A DNA stretch of 64,000 nucleotides from Octopus sinensis (GCF_006345805.1 NC_043000.1:131316001-131380000); one strand, 5' to 3'; counted from the stretch's first letter, positions 26,239-38,800 are shown. The notes: generated from the letters alone by a model not told the origin. Numbers and translations are program-made.

Positions 26239-26432
26239 CAAAATAAGCAACAAGGATATCCAAGGTAGTGTAGTACAATTGTTTCATGCTACTTTATTTT
26301 ATTAAACACTGTAAGTATTACATCAGTTTTAAAATGTCGAGCAAAACTGATGTAATACTTAAAGTTTAATAAAATGTAGTAGCATGAAACAATTGTACTA
26401 CACTACCTTGGATATCCTTGTTGCTTATTTTG
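26239..26432. repeat. 194-bp fold-back hairpin, Penelope-like
   Basis: 55-bp perfect outer arms (26239-26293 and 26378-26432), near-perfect inner arms, 12-nt loop; GAAACAATTGTA motif. Confidence 0.9.
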
Positions 26433-27299
26433 ATTATAATCACCCCATTTGATTTATATGGATAATACCATACAAAATTCTGGTGCCTTTAACTTAAGTA
26501 CCATATTCATCTGAACCTAAATTTTGCTGAACTTATATATATATATACATATACACATATATGTATTTGAATGAAATTATTTTTGTCATAGGTGCAGGCA
26601 TGGTTCTGTGGTTAAGAAGTTTGCTTGACAGTGTGTGGTTTGGGGTTTAGTCACACTGCGTAGCATGTTGAGCAAGTATTTTCTATTGTATTCCAGGATG
26701 GCCAATGCCTTAGGAGTGAAGATGCCAGACAGTAACTGCACAAGGACCATTATGTAACAGTGGGAATGCTTAGATCCTGTGCACTTTGCATGAAAAACTA
26801 TTGAACTGCAAGTGGTGGAACTCATTACTGGCTCTGTACTTTTAAAAATATGTGGAATAAGATTCCCCATAGTTGAAACAGGGATTCGTTAGTGGCAGGA
26901 AGGGCATCTGGTTGTAAAACAATGCCTCCATAATGTAACCCATGTAACATAGAAAAAAATGTATGCGAAAATGATTGGATGAACATACTAATACATACAT
27001 AGATGCATTTGATGAGAGAAGTCATATATTTAGTGTGGGATATTATATTGTGAATACAATGAATATCATCTTTAATACTGATTTGAAATTTTGGCAAAAG
27101 GCCAACAATTTAAGGGGAGGGGATAAGTCGTTTGCCTCAATCCCAGTAACCAACTGGTACTTATTGCTCTGTTCCTTGTCTATTCTCGCTCAATTTTAAG
27201 GGCTTCTTTAGATCTTTGACCTTACAAGCTACAAGATGATCTAGTACTGCTTCAAGAATTCACAACTAATTTACAGGAAACAAAATGGTTGGAAATGAC

Positions 27300-28480
27300 A
27301 ATATCAACACTGCGGGAGAAGGATCAAGAAAAACATCAGGTAAAATAAGATCACCCTATTGTCTAAATGAGGCAAAAGAGTTCAGTTAGAATGTAGGATG
27401 GTTAGATGGAATCCGAAAGAAACATTACTTCTGTGCATTAATGATGAAACGCTTGAAACTCTAAAATAGTACAAAAACTTACCTTTTATCAGAGGTACCT
27501 TATTAACCTTTGCCAACAAGCTCTCAATGATGATACAAACATAAGCTGGTTGGTGCCAGCAGAAACAAAACTGATACCCCAAAACAATGGTACCCACAAG
27601 GTAAATAAAACTACTGATCAACTGCAAGAACATGTATAAAATGTATACAGCCAGTCTGAACCTAATTCTCTAGGATCACAACTGAAGAATTCTTAATTAT
27701 CAAACTCATGATGTTAGAAATAAAGTGACACAGGAGGAACTTGGTTACACTCTGGCGGGATTATGAGAAAGTATTTGATTATTTTCTTCACTTGTGGATG
27801 CTAGAGTCCTCTTATTGTGCTAAAGTTTCAGATATTATTATCAAGGCTACAGGCAAACTCATTTTGCCCTGGTCCACCATTTTGAATATAAATGTACAAA
27901 AGAGATAGGGATGCAGGCTCTGGGGAATTAAAATTGGTGCCATCTTATATAAATTGTTACCCCAAGATGTCATCACAGTACTTACCTATGAAGCATGATG
28001 GTGTAGCTAGAACTTTACATACAACAAAAGCTATAGAAAGGATAATCCTGAGAATAAAAAAGGTTACAGTGATGAGGAGAGTATAATCTCTCATTTGAAA
28101 GAATACTGGTTGAATTTTCCTATCAAGACTTCGATAAAATGCAAGCACAACAGATTATATATACTGACCAAGGATAGAGAAAAGAGACTTTGTAGATTAG
28201 TTGTTAAAAGTGTCGAAGATTAGTGAAAAATAAAACATATGTGCCAAACTGTTAAGGAATATGAGGCTAAACTATCAAGACTTTTGTTTCAAATTTCTAC
28301 TTAAAATTATTAGAGCACTTAGTTATTTGACTGACTGATTCAGTAGAAATCTTGAGAAGCTGAGTTGCAAAATTCAGAAAAAGTATGCTTAATCACGAGA
28401 TAATAGCTACAAGCCAAACACACTATCAAATTTCGTAGAACATCATAAAAGTTTGACATGTAATAAGTGCATTATACACA
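27300..28480 (+). mobile_element. Decayed R4/Dong-like (RLE-group) LINE RT fragment
   Basis: About 27690-27885 translates EFLIIKLMMLEIK*HRRNLVTLWRDYEKVFDYFLHLWMLES...KLILPWSTIL, resembling WIDYxKAFDSVPHxW; HVISA remnant near 28458. Boundaries approximate. Confidence 0.65.
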
Positions 28481-30784
28481 AATATACATATCCACATTTG
28501 TAATGACATTTATGCCTGCACACATGTATGCAAGCATAGTTTGACCCTTTAGCATTCAGAATACTTTGTCAAATGTAATGCTTAGTTATTCATATTTTTT
28601 GAAGTTAACCATGTATTGTCTAGTTGCTTTGAGATTTCAAAGATGTGATTGTTTATTTCTAAAATGACATTGCAGGGTAGATGTGAAAAGCTAGATCTGA
28701 CCAGTTTGAACATAAAACTGGTAGAACATTTTGGCTGGTTTAAATACATGATTATCTTGTTGATGTCTAAATGAAAGAGCTATTTTGCTAGGCTAAGAAA
28801 CCACAAAACCATACATAAGGATAATGGTTGGCAACTAATAAAAAATAACATCCTGCCTCAAATATTTTTTGTCCAAACCCATAGTAGCATGGAGAACATA
28901 GATATTAAAATGAACAAATGCATACATACACACATATATATGTTTATTGATTTTAGGCATTAAACTGTGGCCATGCTTGGACACTACCTTGAAGAGTTTA
29001 GTTGACCAACTATATATCCCTTCTATAGCAAGACACTCGTGCTTATCCCTCTATCATACTTTCAACACCTGATAAAAAAACACAGCCGCAGTTAAAATGC
29101 TCCTTACCATTTAATAGCAGGAGATTTTTCCCCTTTCCTTTCGCCCTGTTCTTTTACAGTCTTGCAGTTACCTGGCAAGACTCACTTTTGCCAATGGCAT
29201 GAAGAAAGCTCTCAGAACATGCCTGTAAAGAGGTTGGCATTGGAAAAGACATCCAGCAATAGAAACCACATCAAAACTGACGCTGGACCCTGTCAATGAT
29301 GATGATACATGACAAGCTAATTAAGAGGTAGAAGACTCCCAAATTAAGGATATTTCTATCTGGTTGGCAACTCACGAGGAGCATTGACAAAGAAAATCTA
29401 CAATGAAATGACAACCAGGATTATTGTAGTGAGTGTTTTCATGTCAACATGCATAGTGTGGCTATTAGTATATGTATATACCTTTTATCTTTCACATTTT
29501 ACTTATGGTCATTGGACTGCAGCCTTGCTGGACACTGCCTTGGAGTTTAGTTTAGTCAAATGAATTAACCCCAGCATTTATTCTATCAGTCCCTGAACCA
29601 CTATGTTACACAGACATGAACAAACCAAAACTGGTTGTCAAGTAGTGGAGAGGGACAAACATAAACACACATACACACACACATATATATGATGGACTTT
29701 TTTCAGTTTCAGTCTACCTGAACTGTAGTAAAAGACACTTACCCAAGATACTACACTGTGGGACTGAACCTGGAACCATGTGGTTAGGAAGCAAACTTCT
29801 TATCACACAACCAATATATATCTGTATATGTTACATGTGTGTGTGTGTGTGTGTATCTCAATCAGTAAATAAATTATTAATCTCTATTGAGTACTTCTTA
29901 ACCATTGTTGCCCATTAGTACAATATGTATATATATATATATATATATCACATGACCGACCAGACCATCAGATGTTGTTACACATCGCTGGTCACAATGC
30001 ATTCGCATTGTTTTAGCCTTCGAATGATGCCACCCTGCTGGCTAAGCAAGCAGGCCAACAGAAGAAAGAGTGGTGAGAGAATACAGCAGGGATCACCACC
30101 CCCTGCCGGAGCATCGTGGAGCTTTTAGGTGTTTTTGCTCAATAAACATTCACAATGCCCGGCCTGGGAATCGAAACCGCGATCCTACAACCACGAGTCC
30201 GCTGCCCTAACCACTGGGCCATACATATATTTTGTTACTTGAGGCATTTGTTAGAAAGTTGCTGCCCCAAAATTGAGAAACCAGTAGCAACCACATGGAA
30301 TGCAATAATGAGTTAATTGATATTCTGGCTATGTAATATTTGGGAAATCTAAAACAAATCAACTTTATCTCATTTATTTTTGGTTTTATTTTTTTGTTTT
30401 TTGTTTTTAACAGGATTAAAAAAATTGCAAATTTGCTGAAAAAGAAACAATGTTAAATGGAATATAAAATGAAAAAAGAACAGATGACAGCTGTGTTTAA
30501 TCAATGGACAGTGATGTTTTATGGCTGAGACTTAACATAAATACAAGGACATCTGGTACAAATGGCAATGGATTTATGATGCATAGGCAAAGGTGGAATA
30601 AGAGGGTTAGAAAAGAACCCCAAAAAACTGTATATATTAAAATGGTAAGAGGAAGAGCCAATAAAATGAGAATGAGATAGTGTAAATGTGACAGATCTGT
30701 TGAAATTTGAAAGAGAAAATGTGGGGAAGCAGAAGGTGAGATGTGTGGTTAAATAATAATAATGATAGTAATAATAATAACAGG

Positions 30785-31470
30785 CCTTTCAACTATAACC
30801 ATAAAGCCTGAAAATTTGGAGGAGGGGGTGCTAGTTGATTACAGCGGCCCTAGTGCTCAACCGGTACTTATTTTACCAATGCCAAAAGGATAAAAGGCGA
30901 AGTTGATCATGACAGAATTTGACCTCAGAATGTAAATGAACCAGAAGAAATGTTGCTAAACAATTTGTCTGATGTGCTAACAATTCTGCCAGCTTGCCAC
31001 CTTAATAATAATAATAATAATAATAATATAATAATAATAATCTTTTCTGAAATTCTGTTGATAATATTGAACTTAGAGCTCAATAGGTACTTATTCTATC
31101 AATCCTGAACGAATGAAAAGCAAACTTGGTCTTGATGGAATTTCAACTCTGAAGTTCAAATCGGAAGAAATACTACTAAGCATTTTGGCCAGCATGCTGA
31201 CAATTGTCCCAGACTGCTGCGGCGATAATAATAATAATAGTAATAATCCTTTCTATTATAGGCACAGGGCTTGAAATTTGCAGGTGGGTGGGGGTAAGTC
31301 GATTACACCGACCCAGTGCGTAACTGGTACTTATTTAATCAACCCTGAAAGGATGAAAGGCAAAGTCGACCTCAGCAGAATTTGAACTCAGAAAGTAGTG
31401 ACAGATGAACTACCGCTAAGTATTTCGCCCAGTGTGCTAACAATTTTGCCAGCTCACCGCCTTAATAATA
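30785..31470 (-). mobile_element. Three tandem family-2 SINE copies separated by (AAT)n tracts
   Basis: Same body repeated three times in the same orientation (about 30785-31010, 31060-31225, 31240-31465). Confidence 0.8.
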
Positions 31471-31688
31471 ATAATAATAACAACAATAAACATGCTAGTC
31501 AGTGCAATGAGGTGTTGAGTTTTGTAACCACACCAAAGCATCATTCAATTTAAACTGGAGGACTGTAAGGTTATCTTTTAATTTTCTGAATAGAAACACA
31601 TACAAATGTGTTTCCCCACCTGTTAGTTGAGTAATTTTCTCTTTTATTATTTTTGTATTTCATCCTATTTACCAACCTTTTCAGTTAC

Positions 31689-31719
<31 letters not shown>

Positions 31720-32886
31720 ATACTCACACAGAAGCACTGATAGCCATGAACAAAATAAAAGATTGGTGGTTCACAATTTAGGTCAGAAGTCAAAAGGATT
31801 AATAGTCACTGAAAAAAAAAATGTGATGCTTTTTAAAAAAAATTTTTTATCACAATGTAGCTCTACTTTCAGGAGACAGATAAAATTAAAACCATTCTTC
31901 CATAAATGTATTAGTTTTGACTTGCAAGACTAAGATAGATAAAAAAAAAAATGATATAATGACAATTAGGGAGTAAAATAATTTAGACTACTAATGGGGT
32001 AGGATTCATTATTTTATATTAGAAGTTTCTGTGTCCTATGTTCAAATCCTGCAAGAGTTGATTTTGCCATTCTGGAATCAAATATTGGTTAAGTACTTGA
32101 GTCAATATAATTGTTTATGTTCTTTCCTATAATTGAACACTTGTGCCAATCTTAGGCATCATTTTTGTATTAAAATTTGGAAAAAAAAAAAAAAAAAAGA
32201 AAGAAAGAAAGAAAAAAAAAAAAACTAAATATAAAATGTCATTTTACACTATAAAAAGATATTTCTCAGATGTTTTTAAAAGGAGAAATGTAGGAGAATG
32301 AAACAAAAAAAAAAGTAAATAATTTTTTTTTAAATCAAATAATTTTAATATTTAACATTGTTTCAAAGTTAGAACATTAACCAAAGATGTAAAAGAATTG
32401 ACAAAATGAAATTGAAAATGTTTTTTGTGTAGTTTTTCTTTATACCTATGAAAAATTCTGAGTGTTTGAAAACAAAACAAAAATGAACAGAAAAATTTAA
32501 AGATATTTTTAAATAGGACTAAATTTTACTTTATAAACAAAATTTATAGTAAAATACCTAAATATATTTTCCATATTAATAATAATTATTATAGTCTTAT
32601 CACTTATTTTTATTATTTTATAATTTTATTTGTCTAAATTGATCTTAATCTTCACGATAAAGATACTTGCTTATAAAAAAAACATACATATATAAATTAA
32701 AATTAGCCTTATTTTGAACGGTACCAATTAAGTATGATATTTAGTTTTAATTCAGTATCTAAAGAAAGCATATTTTGAGGAACATAAATTGTTTCTGTAA
32801 ATAAATTAGGTTTTTAGTCTCAAATATTGTTTACAATAGAGTTAACTATATATATAATGAGATGAAAGATAAAAGAATCTTTATTG

Positions 32887-32955
32887 ATCACTACAATCGT
32901 TTCGATTCATCTACCAGTGATCCTTTATGGGTGTAGATGTGTCTCCTCAGGTGAT
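32887..32955 (-). ncRNA. Type I hammerhead ribozyme motif with intact core, sense to SLC34A
   Basis: AUCAC CUGAGGA GACACAUCUAC-(18 nt)-GUAGAUGAAUC GAAAC GAUU GUA^GUGAU: 5-bp stem I, 9 of 11 pairs in stem II, all core bases present. Confidence 0.8.
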
Positions 32956-33234
32956 TTCAAACAGTATCTCATTAAAATAGACTGTTTCACATGACATGCA
33001 TATTTTCTTCTTGGTCCTCAAAGATAGGAACGGTAAATTAATGGATACGGCTTCATTGTTATAGAAGATCAATCACAAAAACCAGATACAAAAAGAAACA
33101 AATATACAATACAGCAAAAAAATATTGATATTCTATAAGAATGATGCAGTACCCACCAATTTGCTATTTCTATCATGAAGACCAAGAGGAAAACAAGTTG
33201 TGTGAAACAGTTTATTTTAATAATATCTCTTGAA

Positions 33235-33340
33235 ATCACCTGAGGAGACACATCTACACTGAGGGATATACCTAAATCAGTTGTGCAGCATCCCATCCGC
33301 AGGGGTTTGATGCTAGATGGGTCAAAATGATTGTAGTGAT
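33235..33340 (+). ncRNA. Inactivated hammerhead copy (opposite arm)
   Basis: Same stem I and CUGAGGA, but GAAAC has become AAAAU (G12A and C15.2U, both at CpG sites). Confidence 0.65.
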
Positions 33341-33457
33341 CAATAAAGTCTCGCCATCTTCCGTTTCTCTCATTAATTACATACCCAATGAACACTGAGC
33401 CAGTGAACATGCTTTACCAGCAAACTACCAGGTGTATAACATAAGATTAGCTAATAC

Positions 33458-33490
<33 letters not shown>

Positions 33491-34908
33491 ATACATATAC
33501 ACACACACACATATACATATATATGTGTGTGTATATGTATATATATTAATGTTTTAAATAGGCACAAAATTTAAGTTTTTATCGGAGTAGGTGGTTGAAT
33601 GAAGATGTGAAGTTTATGCCTTCCTAAAGGTCAGTGATTATGTAAATGAAATGAAAGACCTGGAGATGGGGATTAAAAGCAGTTTGGTTGAAGAGCCAGC
33701 TAATCAACATATTTCATCGCTTATATTACACTGCTTACTACTTCTTGTGAATATTGATTAATGATGTTCATACTTTCCTAGTTATCAGTCATGATATAAA
33801 TGAAGTGAATGAACTAGCGACTGAAATTAAAGAATAAGCTACCCAAGCTTACTCTTTCTCCACGCCAATTTTTTTTTATACATATTATTATATTAAAATA
33901 GCTTGTAAATTAAGAAACAAAATGTTTGAAAATTACTAAATATTCATCTAAGTTATTAATATTACTAGAATTTTTTTTTCTACTCATAATCACTAATAAA
34001 CTAATATAAAGGTAAGCTTCAAAAGATAACTTGAAGAATGACTTCATTTCTTCTGAAGTAAGTTTTTCTCAGCAGCTTTTATCATTCAGCAATGTCAATG
34101 AGATAGTGTCGTTGTAAAATGGTTTTGGAAATAATTGTGCCAGCATTATAGTTCACTATATGCAGCCATTAGCTAACATAAATATATAATGATGAATTAG
34201 TGCAAATCTGTTCAAATATATACATGTGATTACAGCTTTACTTTATACACACAAACATGTATATACATATATGTATGTAGACATATATAGTATACATACA
34301 CATTGATATATGTATGCATATATATATATACATAAATATATACATTATATATCTTACATACATGATCATTAGTTATTCTATTGCGTACTAATTAGGAACA
34401 GATGCATTTATGCACAAGCCTTAATAATAATTAATGCACATAAATACACATCTTAATTTTACTATGGATAGCTTTATATAATGGTATAAACTTCTATATC
34501 TTTCAGTAAAGCATTCACTTGAATAGATCCCCTATATTAGCTCGGTCCTATTATGTTACTTAGATGAAGAATATTTACAAACTGCAGTGCCAGCACCCTC
34601 AATATAACATTTATGCAAGTTCACACACACACACACATACAGACACACGCACCCACACACACCACACAGAGAAACTCATAAGTATATATGTGTGTATATA
34701 TACAATCACACACAATTATATATGTACAGTTGTAGATATGTGACTGTGTATATATAATCCCTTTCACACCTACACAAAAGTTGTAGGAAATGATAACAGA
34801 TCTGCTCTCACATGAGAGAGGGGTGAAAAAAAAAAAAAAAGGTGATTCAAAATTTAAAAATTCCTAAATGAATAATTATTTTATAATGAGCTATTAATTC
34901 CTAAATTA

Positions 34909-35858
34909 TCAACATTTTGTTGTATCTTGTATTAGTCGTGCTGTAGAATGGAAACTTGAAGGACTGTCAGCTCCAGGACTTACACCACAAGAATTATTAA
35001 TCGTACTCAGGCTGGATCCTTCATTCGCTCTTGGCTGATCCAGCTTTTTTTGACACATTTTACAGAATCCTGTGAACTTTGACAGGAACTTGTCCATTGG
35101 TTCTAGTGAATGTAAACAGAGAGGAAGCCAGTCCCAGTTCCTCAATACTTTTGGCAGGACGTTTTCCATTTTTCTTTGCAGAATATTAACAATGATGATG
35201 AAGGCAAGGAGTGGAATGATGATGGCACAAGCTGTGATCAGTGCATATTTGCCAGCCAGTGACAAGGCAAAGACAAATGCTGGAAGCAGGAAAAATGCAG
35301 TCAGTAAATACAGGAAAGCAAACCAACGGTATTTGGCCGTAGTGTTGCCCAACATTTTCGCCAGGTTTATAGGAAGCTTACGCATTACTGGTACTGGATA
35401 AAATATTAAAATGCCAGTTAGATTAAATAAAAGATGGCAGAGTCCAATTTGCAGAGCAGCTTTCAGCTTGTCTCCTGAAGTTGCCATGGCAGCTAATAAA
35501 CCAGTTGCAGTCGTTCCAATGTTGGAACCTAAAGTCAGTGGATACATTCGCTCAATGTGAATGACACCCATACCAACTAAAGGTGTGAGCGTTGATGTGA
35601 ATATAGAACTGCTCTGAAGAATTATTGTTAATATAGCGCCAATAATGATGGCTACATATCCAGTTAGAAATGAACATGGTTTTGGAATGTCAGAGTTTAT
35701 TGTTTTCTTCAAAGCTGAAGCTACAGGTCCACGGAGCATCGAATGAAGCAAGCGTACCATTCCCATTAGACAAAAGACCAACGATAACAGTGAGATGACC
35801 AGCAAAACAACACCGGATACCGAATCATTCCAATTGATATAACTCATCAGACAATAAC
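34909..35858 (-). CDS. SLC34A: SLC34A terminal coding exon (950 nt), second repeat and C-tail ending ...QDTTKC
   Basis: tttcag acceptor at 35859; contains ORF 34909..35847; second QSSS motif, GSNIGTT, KYRWFA. Confidence 0.97.
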
Positions 35859-38800
35859 CTGAAATATATTAAAAAAAAATTTCTTTTTACACAAAAAAAT
35901 CTATTATTGATAGCAAAATATCACTAGAAAATATAACATGCATCTGTTAACACATGTAGCCATCCAACTACATTTTTTTTTACCCTTTCTCTAGCTTTAG
36001 AACCCATTTTCCACGGCATATTAGTGACCGAAATAACATTCCTCACTTAACAGAATACCAGCCGTGTAGCAGGGTACAAGGGCAGAAATTCTGAAGGGAT
36101 GAGGTGAGGGAGCAAGTTGATTGCATCTTGCTCAGTACTTGACTGGTACTTTATTTTATTAACACCCAAAGGTATGAAAAAGCAAAGTTAATTTTGGTAG
36201 GATTTGAACTCAGAATGTAAAGAGCCAGAAGAAATACTGCCAGGCATTTTGTCCAACATGCTGTTGATTCTGCCAGCTCACCACCTGTATCCATCTACAT
36301 ACATAGATATAAATGCACACCTTTAGACAGATGTATTTGCTTTTATGTATTTCATAGGTTGAAACTTACAAGTAAACAAGTAAACATTCTGAGACTTATA
36401 CATATTTTGATATATTTACAAAATGTTTAGTTAGCTGGAATAAACCTCTTGATTTAGTCTTTGGGAGAGAATTATATGGAAGATAAATCTATGGTAGATG
36501 TCAGTGAAAGGTAGCACACACAAGTTGGAATTTCTCCATTTTGATGGGGTTTTTCTGATTTTTGTTTTTCACAATGCCCTTGGAAATGATGGAGAGCATC
36601 TTTCTAACAAAAATAAAAAAAAAAAGTGTTTTTTGGGAAAATGATGTATTTTTTTCCAAGGGCACCGTGAAAAAACAAAAAATCTGAAAAATCCCCATCA
36701 AAATGTAGAAATTCCAACTTCTATGTGCTACCTATCGTTGACATCTACCAAATTTACAAACATGAATTGACATAATTGTATATGCAAGTGAAGCTATAGA
36801 GGAAGTCAAGTTCCACTGGACTGCTTTGTTTGTGATCAGATACATACTGCAAAACCTCACATATTTAAATTCTTATCAAAATTGAACAGTAGAATATATA
36901 GATGAAATATAGAAAAACGACGACGCCGTGGAGATCTCATTCTTGCTCACAACATCATAAGCGGAAAGTGTAACCTCTCAAAAGAGCTGTTCTTCACTCC
37001 TGCTCCAGAGCGTCGGCTGCAGGGTCATTCCGAAAAGCTCTATCTGTGACGACTTCATCTCAATCGAAGGAGAGGGGCTTTCTCCGTTCGGGTTGCGGAT
37101 CCGTGGAATAAGCTGCCAGGCAAGATGGTGAAGATGCCGATGACCGCTCGGTTTAAAGTCTCCTTTGACCTCAAGTGGCCTGAACTCTTTACATGAACAC
37201 CACCCTGTACATGGCCTTGATTTTTGCTTTTTGAGCCAAAAAATTAACTAACTAACAAACTAACTAAATGTACATAAATGGGTTAAGATATATAAAATGT
37301 TCTACTCATTGTTATAGGTTTTTATAGTTTTGTGCTTGCAGGAGTTTCAAAAAATCTAATTAGAATTGGGAGTTTTTTCTGTAATGCATAATTTTAGTGG
37401 TTTATGATTATTAGAATATGATTAGGTGCTTGATATTATATCCCAACTTATTTTTAATTATGTTCATGTTTTCAATGTTCAAATAAAACTTGATAATGAT
37501 TGTGTGTTTAAGTCAGAAAGTATGGGCATGTTGGTTATAATGATTTTTAAATTGATTGGAAGTGAGCTCTAAATATACTTTAATATGCAGCTTTAAAACC
37601 AAGCACTGCAAATATTCTTTAACAGTTATTTTTTAAAATCGTTTCCCCATACTTGTATAACTGGGATGGATATGGGGAAACATCATCATTTAGCGTCCGT
37701 TTTCCATGCTAGCATGGGTTGGACGGTTCAACTGGGGTCTGGGGAGCCCGAAGGCTGCACCAGGCCAGTCAGATCTGGCAGTGTTTCTACAGCTGGATGC
37801 CCTTCCTAACGCCAACTACTCCGAGAGTGTAGTGGGTGATTTTATGTGCCACCGACACAGGTGCCAGACGAGGCTGGCGAACGGCCACGCTCGGATGGTG
37901 TTTTTTATGTGCCACCGACACAGGTGCCTGACGAGGCTGGCAGACAGCCACGCTCGGATGGTGTTTTTATGTGCCACTGACACAGGTGCCAGATGAGGCT
38001 GGCGAACGGCCACGATCGGATGGTGTTTGTTACGTGCCCACAGCACGGAGGCCAGTCGATGCGGTACTGGCTACGGCCACGTTCGGATGTTTTCTTGAGT
38101 GCCACCGGCACTGGTACCACAAAGATACAAATTCCATTGATGTTCATCTATTTTGATTTGTTTTGATTTGATTTGATTTGATTTTCACTTGCCTCAACAG
38201 GTCTTCACAAGTGTCACAAGTAGGAAGGAAGGTATGCACAGGTGAACTGACTACGTCTCAGGTAGGGGCCACGGGTTATGGCCTGACTAGTCTTGCCGGG
38301 TCTTCGGATGGTGTTTTTATGTGACACCGACACAGGTGCCAGATGAGGCTGGCGAACGGCCACGATCGGATGGTGTTTTTTATGTGCCCACAGCACGGAG
38401 GCCAGTCGATGCGGTACTGGCTATGGCCACGTTCGGATGGTTTTCTTGTGTGCCACCGGCACTGGTATCACAAAGATACAAATTCCATTGATGTTCATCT
38501 ATTTTGATTTGTTTTTAAAAAATAACTGTTAAAGAAATATGAATGTGTCTGTATGTGTTTATATATATTGTCTTATATTTTGCTTAGATGTCATAAATAC
38601 CGGCATTGTTATGAAAACAGACTCACAATCTTCCTTACCAAAATAAATATTAACCTGAGGTTTAATGATCTGGGACAGAAGAAATATAACATTTGTCACT
38701 TAGGACCCGTTTTCTGTAAAATGGTCACACTAAGAATAAAGCAAGAAATTTATTCCAACTCAATAAACATTTTTTTAAATACATTAAAATGAATAATACG

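Larger units (their letters stand above)
32858..33375. repeat. Inverted pair of Penelope-like ends (arms about 32858-33030 and 33168-33375)
   Basis: 30-bp perfect match 32931-32960 vs 33230-33259; GATCACTACAATC block also mirrored. Confidence 0.9.

Noticed and set aside
32270-32860. Extremely AT-rich tract (also 48510-48760) suspected to be a NUMT
   Set aside because: No recognisable mitochondrial gene or rRNA motif; composition alone is not evidence.
36370-36388. 19-nt phase 0-to-1 microexon (NVYLFT) that could replace exon 38825-38972
   Set aside because: Good donor but purine-rich weak acceptor, lies in repeat-like sequence, and would delete the WCK cysteine.
37830-38100. Regular repeats resembling a CRISPR array
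   Set aside because: Contiguous tandem units with no unique spacers, eukaryotic context, part of a dispersed repeat.
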